A stretch of 64,000 nucleotides of DNA. Origin: Tubulanus polymorphus (taxonomy: Eukaryota; Animalia; Nemertea). Where the stretch lies: positions 29,732,150-29,796,149 of the forward strand of contig NC_134026.1 of assembly GCF_964204645.1 (NCBI RefSeq), given 5' to 3'. Positions within the stretch are counted from its first letter, which is position 1, and every line of letters starts with the position of its first letter. Below the pieces are notes generated by a model. It saw only the letters and a program-made list of their open reading frames with translations. It had not been told where the DNA came from and did no database searches. Shown here one piece after another: positions 25,828 to 37,300 of this stretch. Position numbers and translations under genes: made by a program.

Positions 25828-28800
25828 TATGTAACAGAATCGTAAAGACGAGTTGACATTGTTATTAAAGGGAATGTTTTTGGTGACGATGGAATTTTTC
25901 CGTGTCGATGTGCTGGTAATGATACGTGTGATAAACAAACGGGAGAATGTCCAGCCACTGGTTGCGCAGACGGCTGGTTCGGACCTGGCTGTCAAATAGG
26001 TCAGTCTAATTCCACAATTCATATTCGTGAATATTAATAAATACAATATCATGAGGATATAATCAAGACATACGTATAACGAAACTATTATAGATGGCAT
26101 TAAGGATTTATTTTCAAATCTCCAAACTTTCTTTGCATGTGTTTGTGATTTAGGTGACGTTATGAAAGATGCCGAACGAATATTCCAGTCAACCGATAAC
26201 GGGTCACATATAGCGCAATTGGCAATTGATGGAAATTACAGCACATTCTCTAAAACACATTCAATGAGGATGCCGCAGTGGGGAGCTTTGCTTCGGGATA
26301 AATATGTGATCAACTCAATCATAGTATACAACAATGAACGATGTATTTCTAATGAAAACTCTTGCCGTACGTACCCGATTACTTACACGTAAACATATGG
26401 CTAAACGCTATCATTCCTATTTCTACTTCTATTTTTGTAGCTAAATTGTCTGGCTACAGACTCGTTATCAAAAACAGAACCACACAGAAATCCGAAAACT
26501 GTATGAAAATTCCAGATTCATTCATATACGATAAGACATTCACTTGTTTCCGTCCTTTGGTTGGAGATAATGTTGTTCTTAAATATATACATTTCGAAAA
26601 AGAGAAAATAGAAATAGCTGAAATTGAAGCTATCGGTTACAAGTATATCCGTAAGTGAAAATACTTTCAAATCATATAATCAACTAAGTATGGTTAAAAC
26701 AAGTAATGAAAATGTAAAAATGATCTTTCTCACAGCAATAGACACATGTCCGACAAATCGCACCAAGAAGATCGGCTGCCTTACTGATTGTCGCTGTAAG
26801 AATCCTATTGAAATATGTGATTACTATGGAAGGTGTAATTCAGGTTGCAGAGATCATTACACTGGGTATTCTTGTTTAGAAGGTAATTTACCAATAATTG
26901 ATCCGTCTGAACAAAGATTGGCTGCATTACTATTCAAAAATTTAATGAAAGTACCTCAGTTCCAGTTCAGGTAACCATTACCGTATTTTGTTTTCAGAGC
27001 TGAGGGTTCGACATGCTCCTGTAGTTAGAAACATCGCTCAAACAACGGCAATTATTGAATGGGAACCTTACATTGGTTCAATGATTGATTCTGTAAATGG
27101 TTCAATTCTCGAACCGATGAATTATACAGTTAGGGTCAATGGATCTGAATATAAAGGAGTCCAGTCTCCTCATCAGATCACAGATTTGCGACCAAACCGA
27201 ATTTATCAAGTTAATGTTACAGTTAACGCAACCCTACAATCAGGTTTAATAAAACAAGGCACTTACAGTCCTAATATACACTTCAAAACACAGTGTGAAG
27301 GTAAACTTTTGTCATGAGAATTATTCTCCCTAAAATCATTTCATTTGAGTAATGGATGAGATTTTACCATTATATTTACTTGAAAATTAGAGTCTCGACA
27401 ACCCGATATCATTTCTACCTCTGATCTCGGTAGAAGAAAAAAAGATAAAAAGATTATTGTTCTTTTCTCCTGGAGGGTAGGTTACGTGCATGTAAATAAG
27501 GATGCTTTTATTATAGCTCTTTATTGCATGTACCTAAAAAAGACGTTATGTAAGCTAGATTTCTATGTAAGCTAGATTTCTATGTTCTACGACTTCAGTT
27601 GAACAATAATCAAAACATCGGCGAAATAAAATTAAGAAATTTCATTATGACACGTATTGTATTTAAGGATGTATTTGTATGTGATGAGAAGGTGAAGTCG
27701 TATCGAGTGAAATGGCGGTATATCGGCGATATAGCAGATGAGGTCAAAAAGGTTTATGCAAACAATACAAAACTGGCTTTAAAACCGATGAAGAATTATA
27801 CGATTCAAGTACAGATAATCAGAAAACCGCGCATCATCGAAGGCGCTCAATATTTCTATCAGATAAATGGAACTGCTAAAATATACGGTACCGTATTGAA
27901 CGTTTAACTCGTAGATCTATAATCTTATTTCCTTTGATTTTCTTATGTCAGATTGATAGAAGTAAAAATCGCTTTTAAGGACCTAAGTCACATTGGAAAC
28001 TAATTGCATCTATTTCTGGTTGTTTGATGATGGCGATGATTATTTTCATTGTTTTGGGAGTCGTATGTGGGTAAGTTTTGCGAGTGGATTGTTTATAGGC
28101 GATGTTAAATATTTTCATTGTTTTATACTCACTTTTACTTTGTTTTCAGAGCTGAGGGTTCGACATGCTCCTGTAGTTAGAAACATCACTCAAACAACGG
28201 CAATTATTGAATGGGAACCTTACATTGGTTCAATGATTGATTCTGTAAATGGTTCAATTCTCGAAACGATGAATTATACAGTTAGGGTCAATGGATCTGA
28301 ATATAAAGGAGTCCAGTCTCCTCATCAGATCACAGATTTGCGACCAAACCGAATTTATCAAGTTAATGTTACAGTTAACGCAACCCTACAATCAGGTTTA
28401 ATAAAACAAGGCACTTACAGTCCTAATATACACTTCAAAACACAGTGTGAAGGTAAACTTTTGTCATGAGAATTATTCTCCCTAAAATCATTTCATTTGA
28501 GTAATGGATGAGATTTTACCATTATATTTACTTGAAAATGAGTCTGGACAACCAGATATCATTTCTACCTCTGATCTCGGTAGAAGAAAAAATGATAAAA
28601 AGATTATTGTTCTTTTCTCCTGGAGGGTAGGTTACGTGCATGTAAATAAGAATGCTTTTAGAACGATGACCACACTCAAACGTGGTGAACGGATAATAAG
28701 ATAAAATCCCACTATTTACAGATTAAAAGAATTTAAAAACCAGAATTTATCTATTAAATCTAAAATATTTAAAAGACACGACGTTTCGATCTCACTCTAG

Positions 28801-31800
28801 AGATCATCGTCAGGTGTGGATGATCTCTAGAGTGAGATCGAAACGTCGTGTCTTTTAAATATTTTAGATTTAATAAATAAATTCTGGTTTTTAAATTTTT
28901 TTTAATCTGTAAATAGTGGGATTTTATCTTTTTAAGAATGCTTTTATTATAGCTCTTTATTCTTTATTGCATGTAAATACCTAAAAAAGACGTTATAAAA
29001 TCAGATGTTATTTCAAGTTCAAGAAGCATGCGGTCCTCTTTTGCCTGCGGGGGCAACTTTATGTAAGTTAGATTTCTATGTTCTACGACTTCAGTTGAAC
29101 AATATCAAAGCATAGGCGAAATAAGATTAAGAAATTTCATTATGACACGTATTGTATTTAAGGATGTATTTGTATGTGATGAGAAGGTGAAGTCGTATCG
29201 AGTGAAATGGCGGTATATCGGCGATATAGCAGATGAGGTCAAAAAGGTTTATGCAAACAATACAAAACTGGCTTTAAAACCGATGAAGAATTATACGATT
29301 CAAGTACAGATAATCAGAAAACCGCGCATCATCGAAGGCGCTCAATATTTCTATCAGATAAATGGAACTGCTAAAATATACGGTACCGTATTGAACGTTT
29401 AACTCGTAGATGTATAATCTTATTTCCTTTGATTTTCTTATGTTAGATTGATAGAAGTATAAATCGCTTTTCAGGACCTAAGTCACATTGGAAACTAATT
29501 GCATCTATTTCTGGTTGTTCGATGATGGCGATAGTTATTTTTCTTATTGTTTTGAGAGTCGTATGTGGGTAAGTTTTGCGAGTGGATTGTGTATAGGCGA
29601 TGTTAAATATTTACATTGTTTTACATTCACTTTTACTTGATATCAGGAAAAGAGAGTCCCGAGTAGATGCTGTAAGTAGGTCTGACGAGACTACTGAGCA
29701 AGGTAAACATCTAACACAATATTTCTGTATATGTATCTAAAATTCTAGATATTTCTATGATCAGGAATTCGTATATGATTTATAGATACCGGTATAGAAC
29801 TGATTAGTCGCACGGTGTCATGTGAAGATGGAACTCCGATACATTCTCTATTGAACTATGTAAAACTGCACGCCAGAAAAGACAACCAGTTGTTCAAAGA
29901 GGAATTCAACGTAATGTTAATGCATCAATATTACGCATTTGAAACCTTGAAAATCCATTGATTACGAATGCTGTGATGGATTTATATTTCAGAATTTTCA
30001 ACGTGTTTATGGTGTGGTTAGTGCAGTCGCTAACGAAAACCCCGATAAGAATCGTTACCCCACTGTGGTGCCATGTAGGTATTTAAAAAACTACGAGTCC
30101 AGTTCGCAAGACTCGAAACATACGATAAATAGAATTCTATCTGGTAATTTTCGTCTATTTTAGACGAAGGTAATCGAGTCGTCTTGAAAGATACGAGTGA
30201 ATACATAAACGCTAGTCGTATCCAGGTATAAAATCATTTAAATTCCCGCCCGATACTTTTTAACGTTTCTCTTTTTTGAGAGTAAATTCTCGCACTCAAA
30301 ATGTATCTTATAGGGTTTTAAACAGGGAGATCACTTCATTGTCTGTCAAGGTATGTGTGAAAAAAAGCGTCAATAAGAATATTGAAAAAAGTTTGACGAG
30401 CTTTAATGAAGGATCTCCTTTCAGGACCACTGCCTTCAACTGTAAATGACATGTGGAGGATGATTTGGCAAGAGAATTGTCAGCTGATTATCATGCTTAC
30501 GGACCTTACAGAAGGTGTACCTCCACAGGTTATATACTCCGTTAATTGAATCAGTACTGGACGACTTCTAATCGAATTACAGAGATATATTTGAGATTTC
30601 ATTTTTTTAGGATATGTGCTATCAGTACTGGCCGAGCGAAGGTAGTCACACTTATGGGGATGTGACAGTTACTTGGTTCAACACGAAAATTCAAAATGAT
30701 CTTACCACTTATGTTCTTAAAGTCGATAAAGTAAGACTTAACGATGTTTGCTGTTCATATCTTTACCTAATAGTTTCTATAAGATTTGTGGGTGACACTT
30801 ATCATTTCAGGACGGTAACTGTAGACAAGTTGAATTGAAGCAGCTTCATCGTTGGAGCGAAAATGAAGTTCCGAATAGGTCGTGTTCAGTGGTTAAATTA
30901 ATACGATCAATTCAGCCTTATTTGGCTAAAGCTCCTATCGTCGTCCATTGCAAGTATGTATTAATTTTGATTACCTTCGCTTCGTGAAGTATACGTTATC
31001 TTTGACTATTCTGTTATGACCACTAATAATATATACATATATATATTTTATGAAGTTCTGGTGCAGGTCGTAGTGGCACATTTATTGCACTCGACATGCT
31101 CCTAAAACAAGCTTCCAGAACCGAAAGAGTAGATGTCGGTGGAACGATTACTAAACTAAGGGAACAAAGGCCTGAGATGGTTCAAACACTTGTAAGCTAA
31201 TTTACAGATTTACAGATCACTTTCACTTTAAAGAGATTCTCGTTATTTAGGGAGATTTGTGATTCTAATTTTTATCACCTAGCACGGTAAGATGATAAGT
31301 TCTACTCCTCGTTGTTTTCAAGGAGCAGTACGTTTTTCTGCATCTGGCTTTACTCGAAGAATATGTCGTGAAAGACTGCGCAATTCCAACTGATCAGTTC
31401 TTAAAAGAATACCAGAAAATTACAACAGCAGGAACAACAAAAGATTCTGTCGATAGCAAGTTGCAAGATCAATTTCAAGTATTAGTGGTCGATTGCACAA
31501 GGTTTATGTGAAACTGCGGTTTGAAGACTGAATAATTGAATTGTTTCCCTTGTAGATTATTGACTTAATGCGACCAGTATCAAATAGAGAAAAATGTGCT
31601 GTAGCTCTTAATCCGATGAATAGCTTTAAAAATAGATCACCGCTTATCTTACCAGGTATCGAATTAAATTCTGCCTTTATTTTCTAATTTTCTAATGATA
31701 TAAAAACTACATTTTGAAAGAGTGTTTATTTGAGTGTATATGTTTCTGCTATTTTAAGCTGATTGTCATCGCGTTCCCTTGGTTGCTGCTCTTCAAACAC

Positions 31801-33007
31801 AAACTGATGACCGATCTGACTACATCAATGCAACATTTGTTCGGGTACATATACATTTTCCTCGTTTTATTAGAAAATCCCAACAACATTTTATCGCAGT
31901 TAACATCCTTGTTAAATAGTCATTATCATGACAATCATGTATATACACGATGTGTTTTATTTTACTTCCTAGTTCAACGTATAAATAATTATGTTTCAGA
32001 CGCCCATTCTGCAGGGTAATGATGCAATCATTGTTACGCAGATGCCTATGAACGAAACTGTCTCTGACTTTTGGAGAATGATAAAAGATCGCTCGTGTAA
32101 TTGCATAGTCATGCTCAATCAACTCGTCGAGGTAGAGAAACAAAAAAAAAAACCCGGACATCACAAAATCATAATCTATTCCAAAACTATATTCATTCAC
32201 TGTTACTTTTTGACAGGGCCAAAGTGATCCGTATTGGCCAACATCAGGACAGGTGGAATCGTACGGTGACATTCAGATCGCTGTTTCTATACAGACTGAA
32301 GTAGAGAAGGGAATAGTTGTTCGAGATATTCAACTGTCATCAAATATTTCTGTACGTCCTCATCTTAAACTTGATATTCAGAATTGATTTGTAGAATTGA
32401 TTTGATTAGAAATCATTCGGCGATGAATTCGCACGACTCGTGTCTGATGGGTTTCAATTTGAATTTGTAGCCAGGGAGCGCAGGACATACTGTAAGACAC
32501 TTCCATCTCACAGGTTGGGCTTATCATCAAATCATACCACCAGCTGAACTGATATTTGCGCTGGTAAATCGTGTAAGAGAGTGGAGAAACACGATGGGCA
32601 ATGGGCTACTGACAGTTCATTGTTTGTGAGTATGACTTACTCGTACGCGTCAACCATATTTACTTCGATATTTCAAGTTCCAATGTTCGGCTTGATGTCT
32701 TCTTGTTTTTTTCCTCAGATATGGTTCCGATAGGGCCGGTGTTTTCTGTGGCGCTTTTGATGTAGTTCAGCAGCTTGTTTTAAAAAAGTCAGAAATTCAC
32801 ATTTTTCATATGGTGCAACAGCTACAGAAAATAAGATATCAATTTATCAGTCGTATTGTACGTTTAATTCGCCTGGTTCTGATCGATTCCCATGACTCGA
32901 AATCAACAATGAGTACATAACGTTTTTTCTACTTTCAGGAGGAGTACAGGTGCTTACTGGATATAGCCAAAATGTTTTTGAAACAAAATGACGATAGATT
33001 CAAATAG
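25622..33007 (+). CDS. Receptor-type protein tyrosine phosphatase (signal peptide, EGF-like, F5/8C or F-type-lectin-like, EGF-like, FN3, TM, two PTP domains)
   Basis: D1 has [41 protein letters not shown] and MVQT. D2 has DYINA, DFWRMI, PYWP and VHCLYGSDRAG. There is an internal exon duplication at 26988-29638. Confidence 0.9.
25761..25823. repeat. (TA)n microsatellite
   Basis: About 31 TA units lie in the first PTP intron. Confidence 0.95.
28647..28946 (-). mobile_element. Non-autonomous Penelope-like fold-back insertion with a hammerhead motif
   Basis: A 14-bp TSD TAAGAATGCTTTTA lies at 28647-28660 and 28933-28946. The empty site is visible in duplication unit 1 (~27497-27510). Inverted arms span ~28698-28930, with a 37-bp tail at 28661-28697. 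Confidence 0.85.
28776..28817 (-). ncRNA. Minimal type I hammerhead ribozyme motif
   Basis: The minus strand reads ACAC-CUGACGA-U-GAUCUC[UAGAGU]GAGAUC-GAAAC-GUC-GUGU, a full canonical core with a GUC cleavage triplet. Confidence 0.85.
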
Positions 33008-33033
33008 AATCGTAATCTCAATGTTTTAGCGGG

Positions 33034-33226
33034 TAGCCGGTGCGGAATGATGATATCGTTTATCGTATATAACTATACACCAATATTCTAGAGGGGTGCA
33101 TCTCCAGATTGTTTTTTTAACACATAATATTTACAGATTTTAAACATTTTATACCAAGAAACTAGCCGGTGCGGAATGATGATCTCGTTTATAACTATAC
33201 ACCAATATTCTAGAGGGGTGCATCTC
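33034..33226 (+). repeat. ~129-bp tandem duplication downstream of the PTP stop; the second copy is interrupted by LINEs and resumes at 38380
   Basis: TAGCCGGTGCGGAATGATGAT...GGGGTGCATCTC occurs at 33034 and 33163. The CAGATTG...ATACCAAGA block follows the first copy directly but reappears only at 38380 for the second. Confidence 0.8.
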
Positions 33227-33361
33227 AACAACTTGAACTTGAACTTGAACTTGAACTTTAATTTTATTGCTCCATATAATACACAAGTTACATAGGAAAT
33301 GACATGCAATAAAATATTAACATCAAGACACAGGGAAAACAGTACAAGAGTGGACATACAT

Positions 33362-36300
33362 TTAAAATTCAAGCAGCGTAGAAAATTAAAAGGATCCAAA
33401 ACTAGTATCTCTGAGGATTTAACCCGCGGCAGAGCTCAATTCCTGAAGTACCTGAACAAACATCAAGCGGTTTCAGCATCATGGTCGAATGACGGTAAAA
33501 TTATGGCCATCATTAACAACATGAAGCACCATCTTAGTGGCTATGCAGATTTTGATGAGATATTGAATCGTGTATCCTAGTTTGATTAATCCTGTCAAAT
33601 CATAATTCCTTGATAACAATTATTATTTAGCATCTTAAAATTATTTAGGAGGAGCTAATCCTTTCATATGCTCATGGCTTTAGTTACTCGGTATGGTTTA
33701 TTGCTAATAGTATGTGCTGTGATCACATATTTTCTACATCGTCAATTTTTCTTTGCTTTCATTGATTTTTTTGTGTATACATATGCGTACTATGTTCATA
33801 ATGAGCGAAATTTATTATGTAACGGTGAGTGCCGTCGAAGTATTACTATCACGCTTCAATTCCACTAGCAGATGGCCAGTCATGCACATCCTGAGTTTAT
33901 CGTAGGTTCAAGTAGTAAATATTATAAGGATTTAACGCAATTATCAAAGTTTGGATTATCAAACTTCTCCTTGTTTCATCTAAATATAAGGAGTTTTAAT
34001 AAGAATTTTGAGAATTTGCAATTATATTTACACTCCCTCTGTTTCAATTTTGGGATCTTAGCTTTTACTGAAACGTGGACTAAACTTCAACATGACAACA
34101 AGTCAATGTATAATTTGCCTGATTATGAGTCGATTTTCATAAGTAGACAGGATACACGTGGTGGTGGAATAGCGATGTTTGTCCACAACACCATTAAATT
34201 TAGGATACTGGATGATTTTACTTGTGTAAATGACACATTCGAAAGTTTATTTATAGAAATCCAATTACCACATAATATGTCAAAACATATTGTTGGCACT
34301 ATCTATCGACCGCCTGATGCAAGTGTCAATAACTTTAATACTGATTTTCTACCACTCTTAGAAAACTTAACTAGAACAGGGCGTAAGTGCTTCATTTTGG
34401 GCGATTTCAATATAAATCTTTTCAACGCCGACTCTCATAAACCGACTGGAGATTTTATTTTTAATATGCTTTCAACTGGTTTTACGAATTTAATAGATAA
34501 GTCAACACGAGTAACCGACAGATCTTCTACTCTTATTGACAATATATATTCAAACTGTTATTCTAGTTTCGATGCAATTTCAGGGATTCTGATCTATGAT
34601 ATATCTGACCACTTTCCAATTTTTGCAATTATGCCGGAAATCAAAGTCAACCATACATCAACTAGGACAGTTAGTTATCGAAAAATGTCAGATCATGATA
34701 TCGCTCGATTTAAACGAAAGCTAATTGCACATGATTGGACTCATGTGTTTAATATTCATGATGCTAATGTTGCCTATAACTCTTTTTATGATGTATTCTA
34801 TAAATACTACACGGAATGTTTCCCTATAATCAATAGAAAGTTTTCGATATATAGGGACAAGAAACACGGATGGTTTTCTAACGGTTTATTGATTTCTTTG
34901 AAAAAGAAGGATTCTCTTTATAGAAGATACCTGTCTAGTAAACTTCAAACTGATAGAGATATCTACAATAGATATAGAAACGTTTTTAATACTTGTATCA
35001 AAAAGGCTAAAACGCTTCACTATAACTCTATGTTAAACAATGCGAGAGATCCCAAGGAAACCTGGAAAATAATTAATGACCTAATTAATAGAAAATCATC
35101 AAATTCTAAATATCCTGATGTTTTTGAACAGAATGGTGTTATGTACAAAAATAATGTTAGTATAGCCAATGAATTTAATAAGTGTTTTGCACAAGCGGGT
35201 CCAAATCTAGCCAATGATATTTTACCTACTAACAAAACATTTTTTTCTTTTCTGGGTCCGCCACAACAAAATAATATCTTTTTCTCTCCCACAGATTCTT
35301 TGGAAATTGAGAATATTGTTTCAAAATTTAAAAATAGTAATAACACTGGTCATGATGGTATCAATCAAAAGATCCTTAAGAGAGTAATTGACGCTATATC
35401 TCGGCCGTTAGCTCATATTTTAAATCTAAGTTTGATTAATGGACAAGTACCTGAATCCTTCAAAATATCTAAGATATTACCTTTGTTCAAATCTGGAGAT
35501 GTTTCACATTTTTCAAACTACAGACCAATATCAATACTCCCATGTATTTCCAAGATCTTAGAAAAAGTAGTTTACAAAAGAGTTATAAGTTTTTTGGACA
35601 AGTATAAAATACTATCTCCATGTCAATTTGGATTTAGAAAAGACCATTCCACCAACATGGCTATTACTGTTATCATAGATAAAATTATCAATAACTTAGA
35701 CAATGGCAAATCAACTATAGGAATATTTTTAGACCTTTCGCGTGCATTTGATACAGTGAATCATGAAATTCTATTGTCTAAACTTTGCCATTATGGCATC
35801 AGAGGTACGCCATTACTCTGGTTTAGAAACTATCTTTCAAACCGTTTTCAGACTGTTCTTTTTAAAGAGACTACTAGCACTAGCTATCCTGTATTCTGTG
35901 GAGTGCCTCAAGGATCTATTTTGGGGCCGATCCTATTCTTATTATATATAAATGACCTTGCAAACGCATCAAGCATTTTTAATCTTATCATGTTTGCTGA
36001 TGATGCTAATGTATTCACTTCTCATATCAATATTAATGAGTTAACTATAATAGTAAATACAGAACTACACAAACTGAATATCTGGTTTCGGGCAAATAGG
36101 CTTTCATTGAATTTGAAAAAGACTCATTTCATGTTTTTCAGTCGTGCTAAACATAAACACTCAATTTCTATCAAAATCAACAATATGTCTATATCACAAG
36201 TCTCGACAACAAAATTTCTAGGCGTTCAAGTTGACGACCAGCTTACTTGGAAGTCACACATTAATAGCATCTGCACTAAACTATCACGGTTCATTGGTAT

Positions 36301-37300
36301 AATGGGTAGACTTTATGGAATTTTGTCAAAAACAACTTTACTGCAGTTGTATTATTCTTTCATTTATTGCCATCTCACCTATTGTAATATTGTATGGGGT
36401 AATACTTATCCTTCAAACTTAAGAAAGCTGGAACTTCTCCAGAAGAAAGCGGTCCGCATTATCTTTAAAACCGATTTTAGAGCCCATACCTCACCATTAT
36501 TTAAGTCTGCAAAAATTCTTAAATTGGCAGATATAAACAATTTTCAAATTGGACAATTCATGTATCTATATGTCAATAACAAGTTACCTGAGATGTTCAA
36601 TAATTTTTTTAAGACGAATGACGTTGGATACAACACTAGAAACAGCAACAACATCCGCCCTGACTCATTCAAATCAAATCTAAAAGGTTTCTCAATAAAA
36701 GTCAACGGTCCAAATATTTGGAATAATATGAATGATTCAATTAAAAACTCCCCTTCTATTGAAAGTTTCAAAAATCGAACAAAAAACCATTTACTTTCTC
36801 ATTATTAATCGTTACAGTTTATTCATGAAAATAATAATAATGATAATTATGTATAAGGTGCAATGACCTTCTCAAATGGTACTTACTTACGCTCATATGA
36901 TGTATGTATAACCTTGGAATAAACTCCAAGGTATAACTTTATGTATTTATATGTATACATTTTTGTGTGTGTGTGTGTGTGTCTATTTGTAAATGTGTGT
37001 GAATATATGTGTGTGGTTTTCTTATATGTGGTGGGTGTTTTGGTGTGTGCGTGTGTGCTGCTTGCTTGCGAGTGTGTGTGCGTGTGTGTGTGTTTGTGTG
37101 TATCGTGCGTATTTCATCTCTATTTGTTCCTTTTGGGGTGCCTGATATTACAAGCTCTGCTTTCCTCTGGTTGCCCTGCTGTTATTTTACATCAGTTTAT
37201 ATATATTTTGTATGAACCAAATTAATCATCTATTGTAATTTTGTCTGGTATCTATTTATTGATGTAAATTATTCAGGAAATAAATAAATGAATGAATGAA
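33362..37300 (+). mobile_element. Inner LINE of the L2/CR1 group (Crack/L2-like), truncated within ORF1, ORF2 intact
   Basis: An ORF1 C-terminal remnant (RKLKGSKTSISEDLT...WSNDGKI, ending 33580) precedes ORF2. The 3' UTR is GT-rich and ends AAATAAATAA(ATGA)3 at ~37279-37300. Confidence 0.88.
33872..36808 (+). CDS. LINE ORF2: AP-like endonuclease plus reverse transcriptase (978 aa, uninterrupted)
   Basis: EN motifs are HLNIRS, FTETW, IYRPP, GDFN and SDHFP. RT motifs are YRPIS, QFGFR, DLSRAFD, GVPQGSILGP, FADD and FLG. Confidence 0.97.
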   Translation: MASHAHPEFIVGSSSKYYKDLTQLSKFGLSNFSLFHLNIRSFNKNFENLQLYLHSLCFNFGILAFTETWTKLQHDNKSMYNLPDYESIFISRQDTRGGGIAMFVHNTIKFRILDDFTCVNDTFESLFIEIQLPHNMSKHIVGTIYRPPDASVNNFNTDFLPLLENLTRTGRKCFILGDFNINLFNADSHKPTGDFIFNMLSTGFTNLIDKSTRVTDRSSTLIDNIYSNCYSSFDAISGILIYDISDHFPIFAIMPEIKVNHTSTRTVSYRKMSDHDIARFKRKLIAHDWTHVFNIHDANVAYNSFYDVFYKYYTECFPIINRKFSIYRDKKHGWFSNGLLISLKKKDSLYRRYLSSKLQTDRDIYNRYRNVFNTCIKKAKTLHYNSMLNNARDPKETWKIINDLINRKSSNSKYPDVFEQNGVMYKNNVSIANEFNKCFAQAGPNLANDILPTNKTFFSFLGPPQQNNIFFSPTDSLEIENIVSKFKNSNNTGHDGINQKILKRVIDAISRPLAHILNLSLINGQVPESFKISKILPLFKSGDVSHFSNYRPISILPCISKILEKVVYKRVISFLDKYKILSPCQFGFRKDHSTNMAITVIIDKIINNLDNGKSTIGIFLDLSRAFDTVNHEILLSKLCHYGIRGTPLLWFRNYLSNRFQTVLFKETTSTSYPVFCGVPQGSILGPILFLLYINDLANASSIFNLIMFADDANVFTSHININELTIIVNTELHKLNIWFRANRLSLNLKKTHFMFFSRAKHKHSISIKINNMSISQVSTTKFLGVQVDDQLTWKSHINSICTKLSRFIGIMGRLYGILSKTTLLQLYYSFIYCHLTYCNIVWGNTYPSNLRKLELLQKKAVRIIFKTDFRAHTSPLFKSAKILKLADINNFQIGQFMYLYVNNKLPEMFNNFFKTNDVGYNTRNSNNIRPDSFKSNLKGFSIKVNGPNIWNNMNDSIKNSPSIESFKNRTKNHLLSHY

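Larger units (their letters stand above)
26988..29638 (+). repeat. Intragenic tandem duplication of four PTP exons (unit 1 ~26988-28140, unit 2 ~28141-29638)
   Basis: The ORFs 26988/27993 and 27599/29142 are near-identical, introns are included in the duplication, and each unit has private indels. Confidence 0.92.

Noticed and set aside
25642-26100. YIYIYI ORFs
   Set aside because: They are translations of the (TA)n microsatellite.
27952-27990. Apparent premature stop (TTT TAA GGA) in the first PTP transmembrane exon
   Set aside because: Phase analysis places the acceptor at TTTTAAG|GA (27979/27980), so the TAA is intronic. AAG acceptors appear to be used elsewhere in this gene.
33299-33580. 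93-aa ORF as a standalone gene
   Set aside because: It is chimeric: the antisense 3' UTR of the outer LINE is fused to the ORF1 C-terminal remnant of the inner LINE.
36941-37225. Cys/Val-rich ORFs
   Set aside because: They are translations of the (GT)n-rich LINE 3' UTR.
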